Origin: Eledone cirrhosa
Taxonomy: Eukaryota
NCBI GenBank assembly: GCA_964016885.1
Contig: OZ024747.1
Location: 45,136,001 to 45,200,000 of the forward strand
DNA: 64,000 nucleotides
Direction: 5' to 3'
The stretch's first letter is position 1, and each line of letters opens with the position of its first letter. The notes below the pieces were generated by a model. That model was not told the origin of the DNA. It saw only the letters and a list, made by a program, of their open reading frames with translations, and searched no databases. The position numbers and the translations under genes were made by a program. Below, one piece after another: positions 42,305 through 55,951 of this stretch.

Positions 42305-43260
42305 CGAGGTAGTATCAAACATTTTCCAGACTAGTTCTGTAGCATGCCAACAGATGGCATCACATAGTTGCATGTGCAGTGAGAGCCAGCCTTCATGTGC
42401 CAGTGTGCTGAGTGACATTGCTGTTTTCACTTTGCAAGCTGTGAAATTTGTGTTTTTGTGACCACATGCATGCTGTAGTCTGCGATTTTGTCATGAAGAG
42501 GAAGCTGGAACAAAGAGCGCTGCTACACAGACATTGAGCAAGCTTCCACAAGCTTACGGTGATGGGGTAATGTGTCGTACGTATTGTCTTGAGTAGAACG
42601 GGCACTTAAAAAATGGAAGAATATCCCTGGAAGATGACGAGTGATCTGCTGTGAGCATCACCCTCGGAAATGTGGAGAAAATTAATCGGCTTGTGCATGA
42701 TGATCGCCAGAGTACAATCAATGACATGGCTGATGTTGTTAGTCTGTCATATGGGTCCATGCAGGCAATCCTAACGTCTGAATTGAACATGCAGCATGTA
42801 GCTACCAAGTTTGACCCCCCCCATCTACTGGCCACTGAGCAGTAACATAATGTCAAAGTCTGTCAAGATCTCCATCAGCATGCCACTGATGACCCATCCT
42901 TCATGTCCAGGATAATCTCTGGTGAAAAGAGATGGGTCTACAGGTACGACCCTGAGACGAAGAAGCAGTCGACACAGTGGAAAAACGTTTCATTTGAAGA
43001 CCAAAGAAGGTACAACAGGGCTGCAGCTCAATCAAAAGCATGCTCATAGTTTTTTTTTTCAACATCTGCGGTGTTGTGCATCAAGAATTCATCCTCCAGG
43101 GCCAGATTGTCAATCAAGAGTTCTACGGCAACGTTTTGAGGCATTTGAGGAAGGATGCTTGGCAAAAGTGACCAGATCTGTGGAGCGTGAAGAATTGGAT
43201 TCTTCATGATGACAATGCTCCTGTGACTGAGCTCTTCTCACTCATGAGTTTCTTGCCAAT
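42305..43260 (+). pseudogene. mariner transposon relic (TIR + disrupted transposase, 3'-truncated)
   Basis: TA|cgaggtagtatcaaac TIR-like start; SLEDDE, RQSTINDMADVVSLSYGS, RIISGEKRWVYRYDPETKKQSTQW, WILHDDNAP. Confidence 0.9.
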
Positions 43261-43852
43261 ATTGGAGAGATAAACATAAACACTGGGCATATATACTAAA
43301 AAATAGTGATGGGGAATTAACATGTGTAAGGTATTCAAAATATATATATTACTTAATGTACATGGCATCTATGTTTTCATTGGTACTCAAACTTTCATGA
43401 TGGTATCTGATTAATGATAATATGTTATTTGAGCTTGTACCATCAATCTTTAGCCTATGCAATGACATAAATTACCTCTATATTTGCATAACAAAGACTC
43501 ATCCATTCATTAATTTGTAATTACAGTCACACTCTGACAACGATCTGTGTGTGTGTGTGTGTGTGTGTGTGTATGAGCTTCCATTACAGTTTCGGGATTG
43601 TGCGTATGTATATGTGTGGAGTGGGTGGGTGTAATTATATATATATATATATATATACTGTACATGTGTATTATTATTATTATTAGCTCACACTATTTTA
43701 TCCCCACTATTTTATCCCTAAGAGAGAAATTAAAAACATGACCATATTAACATATTTAGAGTCAACAGAAAATCAGTAGTAAAAACCAAAGCACAAATAT
43801 ATTGAAACATATTATTGGAGGGGCTTAAGTCCCCAAAACTTGTGTATGTGTT

Positions 43853-44170
43853 GGTGATGTGTTGTTTCCTTGAGCAAGACACTTTATTTCACATTTCTCC
43901 AGTTTACTCAGCTGTAGAAATGAGATGATAGGACTGGGTCCCTATCATTCCACTGCAAAGTGGTCGTGGAGGTGCCATGGCAAAAAAGCACCCAGCACAC
44001 TGTAAAGTGGACGTGTAGGCGCCATGGAAAAGAAAGCACCCAGCACTCACTGTAAATGAGGTTGGTGTTAGGAAGGGCATCCAGCTGTAGAAATCAAGCC
44101 AGAATCAGTTCCCGTCCCACCCTTGCAAGCAGGGAAAAGCTGACGTAAAATGAAATGAAATGAATGAAAT
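43853..44170 (+). mobile_element. SINE S2, tail type 1
   Basis: Same body and tail as 14000 and 29751. Confidence 0.85.
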
Positions 44171-44262
44171 GATAGGTAAGTTATTCCGGGTTGAATCGAA
44201 GGTAACCACAGTAAGTAAGGTACTCAATACATAGCAGAGTATAAAAGTTTTAATATAGATGA

Positions 44263-44311
44263 GATTCTACAGGACTTGAACTGTTTCATTCTTGAGAAAT
44301 CATCAGGAATC
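44263..44311 (-). ncRNA. Canonical type I hammerhead (family E, left arm)
   Basis: Minus: gattc-CTGATGA-tttctcaagaat-GAAA-cag ttcaagtc ctg-TA-gaatc. Confidence 0.9.
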
Positions 44312-44326
44312 TCGAGAAATCATCGG

Positions 44327-44375
44327 GATTCCTGATGATTTCTCAAGAATGAAACAGTTCTTGTCCTGTAGAATC
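44327..44375 (+). ncRNA. Canonical type I hammerhead (family E, right arm)
   Basis: gattc-CTGATGA-tttctcaagaat-GAAA-cag ttcttgtc ctg-TA-gaatc; GUA site. Confidence 0.9.
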
Positions 44376-44849
44376 TCATCTATATTAAAACTATATATGT
44401 ATATATATATATATATATGAGAGTGTGTGTGTATCTGTCTATGTGTGTGTAAGTGTATGCATATGTATGGGTATATCATCATCATCATCGTTTAATGTCC
44501 ATTTTCCACACTAGCATGGCTGCATATGTATTTATATATAGATATAGATTAGATATAGATAACTATGTATTTAGATATAATTGTTTGTTTGACTTGACAT
44601 TCCATATAGAGTACTAAATCAGATAGTGTTTTACCAACGTACAATATATATATGGCAATATATGACACACACATTTCTGAGGAGGATGGTCGAACAGGGT
44701 TTTTGAGACTAGAAATAGGTAGTAACTTAACAACTATCATGTTAGTCTACACATCAATCTCCTTCGATTAATCAACCCTCCGAAGTGATCGAAAAACAAT
44801 GAACTAACTCTCTATCTACACCTGATTTCTGTTTGTATTGTTCAAACAC

Positions 44850-44887
<38 letters not shown>

Positions 44888-44938
44888 GTGTGTATATACA
44901 TATATGTGTGTATATATATATATATGTGTGTGTATATA

Positions 44939-44981
<43 letters not shown>

Positions 44982-45153
44982 ATATATATATATATATATG
45001 TGTGTGTATATATATGTGTGTGTATATATATATGTGTATATATATATTTATATACACATATTTATATACACATATATATATATGTGTATATATATGTATG
45101 TGTGTATATATATATATATATGTGTATATATATATATATATGTATATATGTAT

Positions 45154-45227
<74 letters not shown>

Positions 45228-45449
45228 TCATTTCATCATCATCATCATTTCATTTTACGTCCGCTTTTTCCCTTTAAAAGTTAAACAAGGTTCAATGAAT
45301 ACATCAAATAATCACCATCATCATCATCATCACCGTTTTACGTCCATTTTTTACAATAGATTGGAAGCACTCAACAAAAAAAAAGGTTTTCCAGAGTTAT
45401 TAATATTAATTCAAAATATTAACATAGTAGATATTCTTATGATCAATTA

Positions 45450-45516
45450 TATTTTATTATACATATTTCAGAGGTACTGAGTTAAGTTTAACAGTACGTC
45501 CTCATCAGATAAAATA
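45450..45516 (-). ncRNA. Type I hammerhead (family A)
   Basis: Minus: tattttat-CTGATGA-ggacgtactg...cagtacctct-GAAA-tatgta-TA-ataaaata; perfect 8-bp stem I. Confidence 0.88.
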
Positions 45517-45666
45517 GGATGATGCATGACATACCCTGACATAGTAGATGGTTAAGATTCAGTCATGGCTGAGTCCTCTGGCATCACGCAGTAATACAGA
45601 AGATCTGACCCCCCACGGGTACAAGCCGAAGCTGAAGCATATAGACAATATGCCCCCACATCCTCG

Positions 45667-45885
45667 CACTGCAAAGTGGTCGTGGAGGTGCCACGGCAAA
45701 AAAGCACTCAGCACTCACTGTAAATGAGGTTGGTGTTAGGAAGGGCATCCAGCTGTAGAAATGAAGCCAGAATCAGTTCCCATATGAGCAAGACAAGGTC
45801 AGCCGACCGGACACTGCCTACAACAGGATAAGCCGTCTAACCCATGCTAGCGTGGAAGAACGGACGTAAAACAGTGATGATGATG
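45667..45885 (+). mobile_element. SINE S2 3' part, tail type 2
   Basis: cactgcaaagtggtcgtggaggtgcc...ccgtctaacccatgctagcgtggaagaacggacgtaaaac. Confidence 0.8.
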
Positions 45886-46162
45886 ATATATATATATATT
45901 ATATATATAAATGAAAGGTATAGAAAGTATTGTAGCAAGAAGCCAACAGTATTCCATAATATATAAGTGACTATAGCGTCAAAAGGGGAAAATAGTTAAC
46001 GTAAGATGTGGGAAAAATAATCCAAACTCAATTCAAAAAGAATCAGGATATAGATTTATCCAACAGAATTTAGTGAAATCCAGGGAAAAATCAATAGAGC
46101 CTTAACTCATGATAAAATAAAGTTTAAAATACTCATCCTTCAATTTAGGACAACTACAAATG

Positions 46163-46243
46163 CTCTGTATAGTCTTGAAAAAGACTATTTCACGAAAACT
46201 TTCAGTGGAGATGGTCACGGTTGGAATACGATCATCAGCAGAG
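46163..46243 (-). ncRNA. Type I hammerhead (family F, copy 1)
   Basis: Minus: ctctg-CTGATGA-(40 nt)-GAAA-tagtctt tttc aagacta-TA-cagag; 5-bp stem I, 7-bp stem III. Confidence 0.85.
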
Positions 46244-46788
46244 TTCAACACGATAGCCAAATTCTCACTGATTAATATGCTAAAAAGCAGGCTAGTTTAA
46301 CATCATGCGTGATTATGAAAATAAAACGCACATGTGGAAAAACAGGGCTGGTGTCGTCAGAATGAGACGAATGTTTGTTTACATGAAACAAGTCAAAAAC
46401 ATTCCGAAAAAACTCTACAATAGGGAGTTCAGCAAAAAGCAATATTATCGCTGTATTTTTTTTTTTTTTTTAAATACCGGAATTAGTCACAAATAATTTA
46501 AGCACTCTAGGAAAGAAATCTGAGTATAAATATATAAATGAAAGGTATAGAAAGTATTGTAGCAAGAAGCCAACAATATTCCATAATATATAAGTGACTA
46601 TAGTGTCAAAATGGGAAAATAGTTAACGTAAGATGTGGAAAAAATAATTCAAACTCAATTCAAAAAGAATCAGGATATAGATTTATCAACAGAATTTAGT
46701 GAAATCCAGGGAAAAATCAATAGAGCCTTAACTCATGATAAAATAAAGTTTAAAATACTCATCCTTCAATTTGGGACAACTACAAATG

Positions 46789-46869
46789 CTCTGTATAGTC
46801 TTGAAAAAGACTATTTCACGAAAACTTTCAGTGGAGATGGTCACGGTTGGAATACAATCATCAGCAGAG
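46789..46869 (-). ncRNA. Type I hammerhead (family F, copy 2)
   Basis: Same motif as 46163-46243, 626 bp away. Confidence 0.85.
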
Positions 46870-46970
46870 CTCAACACGACAGCCAAATTCTCACTGATTT
46901 ATAATATATTATATATATATATTATATTATATATATATATATTATATTATATATATATATTATATTATAT

Positions 46971-47100
46971 AACGAAGGAGTTGTGGTAAGGAACCAGATG
47001 GACTATAACGCACCAGAGTACTCAATATTTAGGGTAGTAGAGAGGATAATAGGAGAAACGGCTTGAGCTCTGCCGTCGGGGTCATACTTTCTCCTATTAT
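46971..47100. mobile_element. Mini PLE-like fold-back (family H): tail plus inverted hammerhead 3' half
   Basis: Tail homologous to 53503-53587 and 59207-59284; ataataggagaaa/tttctcctattat inverted; GAAA-cggc...gccg-TC-gggg. Confidence 0.7.
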
Positions 47101-47120
47101 ATATATATATATATATATAT

Positions 47121-49700
47121 ATTAAATAACAGATTAAAGTTAAAGTAAATAATCGCTGCTTTCACCCTTAACGGGATCTTCTGAAACTAAACAAATCAAT
47201 TTGTGAATGCAAAAGTAAATATTTTGAAAAACGTTGCAACTGAAGGAAAACAGGAAGACGATACTTTTGTTCGTGAAGACGTTCCCTGGCAATGAAGGGC
47301 AAAAAACGAAGATAATACGTCATTATTTGGATCATTGAGAACAATTACACGCAAAGACAAAACCACGTTTATGGTATAACTGAAGTCGTAGACTAAAATT
47401 CTATTTAGGAAACCGAGTTTATTGAAATCAACAATAATTAAATATATACATACACGCATCCAATGTACACACACATGCATACACGAAAACAACCGCCATG
47501 GTATGCATATACAAGCACGTACACATAAACAGGCGTACGCATACATAAACCCGCGTGACACCTGTACCCGCACACATACGAACGTATATACACCAAATAC
47601 ACATTTAAAAAATATATATATATATGTGTGGGTGTGTATATAAATGTATATAAATATACACACATAAATACGTATATAACGCACGCACACACATACCTAC
47701 AGGTAAATACACATATGTTCACTAAACATACGTCAACCAAAACACAATGTGCAAACACGCATATACTCACAACGTGCAAACACGCATATACTCACAAACA
47801 GAAAATATACATATACACATAACCATATACACATGTACCAGTATATATAATATAATATATACACCTATAACAAATACAAGCAAATATACGTACAAGAAAG
47901 TATACGCACCTTCACAAAACATACGGGTAAGGTATATTTACCTACACAAATAAGTAATGGTATAAACATAAAATATACTGAGCTACCACATCAAGACGTA
48001 AATTATCCGTGTATTGTTCGTACTATCCGTTAGGGTATAATGTGGGGCTGTAATACAGGAAAGTGTTATGCAATTTATGTTTACAAGCTGAAATTGCCTC
48101 AGATTTTTTGTTTAAGATGTGGTCATTGGCGCAGAATATTTCCAGGGCTTCAGCGGCGCAAATATCGCATGGTCTTTTATTTCCGTTATACGATCTAGCC
48201 TTAGCAAGGATCTCCCAGTGTAACCTATATTGGGTGTGGTTGTCTTTTAGACTCCAGATATAAGCTGAAAGTGACGTCATTCAACCCGATTCCTACAATT
48301 ACAGTTAGTACTAGCTACAGGGTTTCACGTGTTCCTACGGCTAGGTAGTTTAGCTAGATTTGAAGCAGTGATGTGCAAGGTTAGTAGTCGTAGAGTAAGA
48401 AATGTTAATGGTATTTCTATTAAAAATGTTATTATATTTATGTGCTGAGGGGAAATGCTTCTTAATAAAGGAGAGAAAGATATTAGCTAATGGTGTGGCC
48501 ACTTCCATATTATATGGTGGGTTATACCAGATAATGCATCGGGATCTATTTTTCCTTGGTCTATGCTCATACTTAGTATATTATTGACAAATCCACTCCA
48601 AGCAAGAGCTTCATTGTAATATGTGGAATGGTCGGTGAAAATAGGCTCGTTTGTAGATAGACGGGAAAACCTCAAAGAAACATTTCTTACCAGGTTTTTT
48701 GTTATGCTGTCAGGATGGTTAGAATGCTTACTTATATAATTAAGCATATCATTCGGCTTTCTATACGGGTAGTGCAAGCCATTCGACAAATTGAGGGTAA
48801 CGTCGAGGTAATTAACGACCGAGAGGTTTGCCTCAACCTGTATGGAGAGGTTGAAGCCTTTAAAGAAGGCTGTGAGTTCTTTTCTGAACCTGTCGCAAGC
48901 GCGTGGACTGCACTTTGTCATGGTCAAAAGACCGCCAACACGGTACAAACCACCGCCCACATTGGGGAATTCTTCCTTGATAGAGAAAAAAAGGAAAAGA
49001 TCGATAAGATCAGTAACCTCCGCCGAATCGCTGGCACCCATACTCATGCGAAATTGATAGCTTTAAGAAGTGGTAAAGTGATGGAGGAGTAGTAGATATT
49101 GATGTTGAATTGGATAAAACGGCAATGTTCCTTGTTGCATATGCTATTGAACCAATCAATCACCGCGAAAGAATTGTTCCACAGTGCAAGAGGGGCCAGG
49201 TTTCTAATTTCAGGTATAATTCTATCTAAAATCCTTTTACTAAGTCTACCTAAATCGGTGTACGTAGGGTTAATAAGCCGAAAATAGGTTTGTGATTCTT
49301 CAGGGTAAAGTGGGAAGAAATAGGGTCCAGAGGTTCAGTCCGGTCCTGGATGTTGAGTTCAGAGGTGATTTTAAATCCAGCATCGTTGATGTCATTAATG
49401 ACACTCCGATTAGTTTTCCGGTAATCCTTAGTTACAGCATTATGTAGCAGTTGATGGTAAGTACTGCGCTCCACTTGATATAGATTGCCAGTTTTGTCGG
49501 AGTGGACGTGCATGGCATTAGAATCCTAAATAGAACGAATTCTATTCTTCAGGTCCTGCTGGAAGGAATTGCTCCTATTCCGAAATTTGATACTCCGTAT
49601 GAGTTCCAAGACATCGTTTTCGAAGGGTAGCAATGCTGGGTTACTCGGAGGGTTATTATAAGTTTTAAACCCAAATTTATCCTGTATATTGTCCGCTTTT
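47121..49700 (-). mobile_element. Naiad-like Penelope-like element 1 (decayed RT + partial GIY-YIG, long 3' UTR, terminal hammerhead-like motif 47138-47188)
   Basis: FGFKTYNNPP..PFENDV, DKTGNLY, FTLKNHKP, LWNNSFAVIDWF, FIQFNI, MGASDSAEV, VNYLDVTLNL..YPYRKPN..SNHP, CNCR, TSLSAYIWSLK..CDIC..LNKKSE..CKH. Confidence 0.9.
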
Positions 49701-49811
49701 ATTGTCGATAAAATAAAGTCCTTACGGGGTCGATAAAATAAAGTACCAGTAATACACTAGGATAATTGTTGGCCTTGTGCCAAAAGTAGAAACAATTATT
49801 ATTATTATTAT

Positions 49812-49854
<43 letters not shown>

Positions 49855-49858
49855 TATA

Positions 49859-49959
<101 letters not shown>

Positions 49960-50384
49960 TATAATATATATATATATATATAATATTATAATATATATAT
50001 ATATAATATTATAATATATATATATATATATATACATATATTATATTATATATATATATATATACACTTGATATAAGCATTTATTTCATCACATATGTAT
50101 GTGTAACCCAATAAAGCCTCTGCACTAACTGTAGTGCTAAATGATGAATGCAGCAAGAGATAAGAAGCACTCAGCAAACAGTGTTGACCTGTTACTGATC
50201 TACATATCACCTTTTGGTTGATTTCTCTCAAATATTTGCCATCTTACAATCAATAGAGCAACTAAAACATTAGCCAAAATATATGTCAGACAATCAGCTT
50301 TAATATTCTCTTGTTTGTCTGCACCTCTGTCTCTATCTAAATATGTATATGTGTGGATGTTTGTACGTGTGTGTAGAAACTGAA

Positions 50385-50484
<100 letters not shown>

Positions 50485-51291
50485 ATTGGTGAATTGAAGG
50501 ATGTGTGTCTTTGCGTGTGCATGTGTGTATGAATTGATGAGTTAAAGTGTGTTTGTGTGTATAGATGTGTATGTGATTTGGTGTATTTGTGTATGATAGC
50601 ATATATCCAATGACTTCGTTTTAGTATCAGATATGTGTGTGTGTGTGTGCCTGTGCGTGTGTGTGTATGGGTGTGTGTTTGTGTGTGTGGATCCATTCTA
50701 TTATAGTTACTATTTTGGTATCTTTATGTGTATTCTGTATGCTTGTATGTGTGGGTGCCTATTTGTATTTATGTGTGTGAGTCTGTGTTACTGTGCATGC
50801 ATGTGTTTATGTGTTAGACTGTTTGTAAGTGTCTATCTGTATGCATGTGATTTGTTTATATATATATGTGTGTGTGTCAGTGTGTAGACATTTGTTAAAC
50901 CAAATATATTTTCATTAATGTAATGACATGTTTGTGTGTCTGTATATTCCTTCAATATATTTTTCCTTTATTTCATACATATTTTGCCTGTATTTATATT
51001 CCGGAAATGGTCTTCATTTGAGGAGTCAGTTCAGTCTGCTTACATTTCCAACTTTCAATATCTTTAGAGTCTGACATTACAGAGAAATAAAACAAAAAAT
51101 ATAGAACAAAACAAAAACAAAGAAAGAAAGTGAGAACTGTTTGCACACAATGTCTAACTAGTGATAAAGAACAGCTATGGTTGTAGGAGTGGTGGTGGGG
51201 TATAAACAGATGTTATTGCCAAGATGGGGGTATGAGAAAATCCAAAATCACAGTCTTTCATGATATAGCAACAACATCCTTGATAATAATT

Positions 51292-51445
51292 GTTTCTACT
51301 TTAGGCACAAGGCCAGCATTTACCCAGTGCATTACTGGTACTTTATTTTATCGACCCCGTAAGGATGAAAGGCAAAGTTAATCTCGGCAGGATTTGAACT
51401 CAGACTGTAAAGGGGCGTAACTATGCTAGATACTGCCAATTCACC
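51292..51445 (-). mobile_element. SINE S1 with TSD
   Basis: S1 with an internal deletion; TSD catccttgataataat. Confidence 0.85.
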
Positions 51446-51829
51446 ATCCTTGATAATAATGGTTTATAATATTGGCACAAGGCCAGCAATTTCAATGTGT
51501 GGGGAAAGACGATTATTCTGACCTCAGTACTTTACTGGTACTTTATTTTATCGACCCTTGATAGAGGAAATCAAAAACTGACCTCAGTGGGATTGGAGCT
51601 CAGAATATAAAGGGTTGTAATTAAATGCTACAAAGCATTTTATTCAATGCTCAGTCATAAAGATCAAAATTGCATGAATGTGGTCAATACCACCTAACAT
51701 TATTCTTGCACTAACGAGCTGTAATTAGATACTAAACAGTGACACACCTGAGAACTAACAAAACAATCTAGTGTTTAGTCCATTCATATCTTCATTGCTT
51801 TGCAGGAATGAGACAGGCTGTCCTGCATC

Positions 51830-52040
51830 TATCAATTGGCAATGAACTGGAGTCCATGTGGCGGCAAACAGAAGCAGGGTTGCCTCAGGATCACCTGGCA
51901 AGGAAAGTACCAAAAAGCCCTGATGGCAGTCAACATCACTTGCCACAGACACGATAACGCCACAGATGATTCTGATCATTGCCGACCATTTACTGCTCGA
52001 TGCGCTGAAAGGCACAGAAGAGCCTAAAACTAAGACTAAG
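51830..52040 (+). mobile_element. RTE-like LINE 3' end with (actaag)n tail
   Basis: AMNWSPCGGKQKQGCLRITW; homologous to 58765-58945 (minus). Confidence 0.65.
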
Positions 52041-53473
52041 CTATCAATTGGTGCACCTCACTCTTTGCTAGCAATAGGAGTGCTGACACACTAAAAACTG
52101 ATTTGAAAAAATGAGATAAGCTAACCTGCAGTGATCAACTGGTGCACTTCATTCTTAGTTAGATCAGGATTACTGACACTAATAAATGTAGCTTGCTGTT
52201 CTAGCATTTGCTTTTTACAATTTACATTTGCTTTCTAACACAAAACTACCTAAAACTGCCCCTTGTTACAAAATTGTTTGTTTCAAAGTGTTTATATTTA
52301 TCTAAAAACGTTCCATCATAATTTTATTTAAGAAGCTATAAGTTATGTTCCAAACGCCAACTTAATAATGATAAATGTAAACTACATCACTAAAACCCTC
52401 CAAATGTTTTATTTTCAAAATTCCTTAAAAATTCTAGGCAGTGTTGTTCAATAGAAATATGGTAGTAAATGGGTTAAACCTTTTAATACTATGTTTCTGT
52501 TGATACAAATAGCTTATGTATTGCAATTAATTTTGAAAATAATGAATTAGGATAAACCTAGTAATATAGTTTATAGAATAACGAACAATAAAGATAAAGT
52601 GAACAAGAAAATTATATAGTGTATGTGTTTCTTTCTATTGGCAATATTGGCAACATGACCATATAACAATATTGGTTTCAACACATGATTTCACATCAAG
52701 AATCTTGCAGAACAAATACGTAAATGTAATATAGCTGAACATTTTCATTATTAATCTGATATCTGTAATATTACCTCATGAAAGGTTTTGCATAAAATAA
52801 TGATATATGATTTTAAATAAAAAATGAATATTTGAAAATAAGCATAATTTTCATAAAACCAAGGGCAATTTGGGGCTGGTTGATATCAAAAAGGTTAATC
52901 ATAGTGAAAAAGAGAGGCACCTAGGGTCTTTTTCACAATATCCAAAACTGGTGCTGGAAGAAAGGAAGGGAGTTGTCTTCAGATCACAGATAAACTTAGT
53001 CTGAATGCCTGTAATGCATCCTGCTAAAAACTCAAGGTATTATGTAGAGGGGCAAAACCAAACAACAGGTTAAGTCTACTACCTAAGAAAAGAATTAGTT
53101 CTTCCAATGAACTGCTACACAATTTCTGTTTATGATATTTTACATGAGAAGCTGTAGTCAATCTGAGTATATGACAGGAACAAAACACATAACTAAGGTG
53201 CTGTGCAGTGGGATAGAATTAAATCCTCATTGTTACAAAGAAAATTTCTAAACCACACAGCTATGATAGAAGCCTTCTCATACATGACTGTAGTAATGAT
53301 TGATTGGTAAAATTAAACATATTCATAAAATATATTTACCGCATGGTAAATAATATATTGAAGAAGCTGCAAATAGAATCTGAACCAAGCCACAGAATCA
53401 GTGGAATGAGTGCTTTCCCTTCTATTGGGTTAAAATATCTCTTAGAATCCTGTGTAAAACAGAAAATAGACAT

Positions 53474-53502
<29 letters not shown>

Positions 53503-53504
<2 letters not shown>

Positions 53505-55792
53505 ACGAAGGAAATGTGGTAAGGAACCAGGTGGACCATAACGTACCAAAGTACTCAATACTTAGGGTAGTAGAGTGGGTAATAGGTGTCGAACATCTCT
53601 TGCTTGGGTCTCGGAAGGAAAAAGAGTGCGCGTTATAGCGTACCTTAAAAGGGTTAGAGGTAGACCCGATATAAGAGCTGGTATTCGAAGCAGTTTTAAC
53701 CGTGCACCTATAGACTATGTTGGGTGTCAGGCAGTGTCCATTTAATGGGCATGCATTAGGGTAACGGGAGTTGCAGTTGATTCTGCGGTTAGTGAGAGTA
53801 GGGTAGTTTAACCTAAGCGGTTGGTCAGTGCTAGAAGGATTAGATGGCGAAGGTGTGCTACTAGAGTAATTATTGGTGTAGTGGCGTGGTGTATTTGATA
53901 GGGGTGGTGGTACCGCGGTGTGGGAGTTATACTGTCTTAGTTTATGATGGTTACTGAATGCGATGTGGCTAGCTAGGTTAGGTGTTGTGGAGAATGAGAT
54001 TTTAATGTTATTTTTATTAAAGAGTTTGTAATATCTATGGTTGGGGGGGGGTAGATAGGATAGAGAAGAAGCGTTTAGGGATATTAGTGGCGAGATTAGA
54101 TTAGAATGGGGGGTTAAGCCAGGTGTTATTTCTAGGTCTATTCCTCCTAGGGGTTCTAGTGGAGTTGGTAGGGGCCTTCCTAGGGTTATCATTACCTGGG
54201 GATTTGTTATTTGTCATCCCATTTCTCATTCCTATTCTAGGGTTGATTTTTAGTTTGCTACTTGGAGTGGGGAGCAGGCCGCTGCCACCATTAAACTTCC
54301 CTGTATAGGTGCTGTTGCTGCTAAAATTCCGGCGAATCTGGCTATATGCTAAGGTATTTCTAGTTCTAGTGTTAAGTCTATTATGGTGAATTGCTGTGTT
54401 ATGGCATTTAGGTATGTAGTAAATGGATTGTTCATAACCAGATTCAGAAAGAGCCTTATATTATGCATGGTTTATAAATATCTCCTCATTTGCTGATAGC
54501 ATGGAGATCCTATACGAGATAGATTTAATTACTGCTCTGATGACTGCCGGTGGGTGGTTAGACTGTGGGCTAATATATGTGAGTATTTCACCTGGTTTCT
54601 TGTTGAGATCCAGGGTGACGTCTAGGAAATTTACTACTTTATGGTTCGGCTCGATGGTGATAGAGAGACCGTTATTTTTAAAGAATCTATGTAATTGTTT
54701 TTTTAGCAAATCAATGCCCCGATTAGTGCAATTGTGGACTGCAAATAGGGCGTCGTCCCTGTATATTCCGCCTTACAAGGGTTGGATTTCGGCTCTAATG
54801 TTATGTAATAGGTAAATTCCAACTAAATCAGTGATTTGCGCAGAGTCACTTGAGCCCATCGTGATGTCAAAGTTGTCTGTTCTATCTTTTCTAGTCCAGA
54901 TTGCTCCGTTGAATTCAATGATGGTCTGCCTAGTCATAAGTATGATGTTAATCTCATTATTGGTTATGTCCGAGTTGGTGCTGGCTAGGGTTAATGCTTT
55001 GTTGAGCAGTTCCGGGGTTATTGAAGCATAATAGCTGTCGATGTCAAATTGGATGAACCTCATAGATTGCTTGGACCTTAGATCGGAGAACCATCTAATG
55101 ACTTGGCCGGTGTTGGACCACAACTTGTAGGTGATATCATCCCGTAGCTCAGGGATTATCCTATCAAGGATGTTCTTACTGATACGACCCAGGTCCGATG
55201 TGGTTGGGCTTATAAGTCTAATAGATGGGTTCTCTATAAAGTTTGGCTTATGATCCTTGAGAGAGAACCTTGGGGTTATTGGTACATAAAGGTGGGTAAA
55301 TCTATCCAGATGCAAGTCCTTAACCAAAGCCTCGGCTTTTCGGTTAAGTACGTTTACACTGGAGGGTATAGTTTTTTTTATAGTTTTTATTAAGTTACTT
55401 AAGAAGGAAAGAGTTGTAAGTTTCAGGAGTCATGGTGTATAGATTTTTAGTTTTGTCAGACATAACATGTAAGAGGTGGCTATCTTTAAATTATTTTATA
55501 GTTGTTGCTAATTTAGTGAGGAAATTATTCTTGTGTCCATAATGCTTTTTAAATGTAATGCTCCTGACGAAGTTGAATAGATCTTTCTCAAAAGGGTCCA
55601 GCAGGATGTTATGTGGGGGGTTCTTGCAGGTGGTAAATCCATATCTATTTGCTGTACTTCTGGCGTCAGCAGCACCCGCACGGTCAAAGTGAAAGGCTTT
55701 CCATCTTATTCTTACGCTTTGGCTTCTAACTAATTCACCAATCTCTCCTCTCCTATTTCCATCTCTCTCTTTAAGATTGGTTACTCTTGAAC

Positions 55793-55795
<3 letters not shown>
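53503..55795 (-). mobile_element. Naiad-like Penelope-like element 2 (decayed RT + N-half of GIY-YIG, fused to family H tail)
   Basis: RIRWKAFHF, YGFTTCKNPP..PFEKDLF, FSLKDHKPNF..RLISP, FIQFDIDSYYASIT, FDITMGSSDSAQ, GGIYRDDA, VNFLDVTLDL, SNHPP, CNSRYPNACPLNGHC..IVY..YIGST..FKVRYNAH. Confidence 0.92.
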
Positions 55796-55885
<90 letters not shown>

Positions 55886-55904
55886 TGTGGAGAAGAAGAA
55901 AAGA

Positions 55905-55951
<47 letters not shown>

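Larger units (their letters stand above)
45905..46898 (-). mobile_element. Retrozyme-like non-autonomous element: ~365-bp direct repeats, 626-bp period, one hammerhead per repeat
   Basis: ~45905-46272 is repeated at ~46532-46898 with few substitutions; flanked by (TA)n; no recognisable protein. Confidence 0.85.

Noticed and set aside
44670-44852. CTGAGGA...GAAG/GAAA hammerhead-like segment
   Set aside because: Stems I and III cannot be built consistently with the core; at best a decayed copy.
46635-46904. 89-aa ORF in the tandem element
   Set aside because: Non-ATG start, frameshifted in the other repeat copy, no recognisable motif, and antisense to the ribozyme strand.
48277-48279. In-frame TGA at the conserved third Cys of the Naiad CxCx5C knuckle (possible selenocysteine)
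   Set aside because: It sits exactly on a deletion junction (TG of a Cys codon joined to ACG of TSLSAYIW in another frame), and the other Cys codons are normal.
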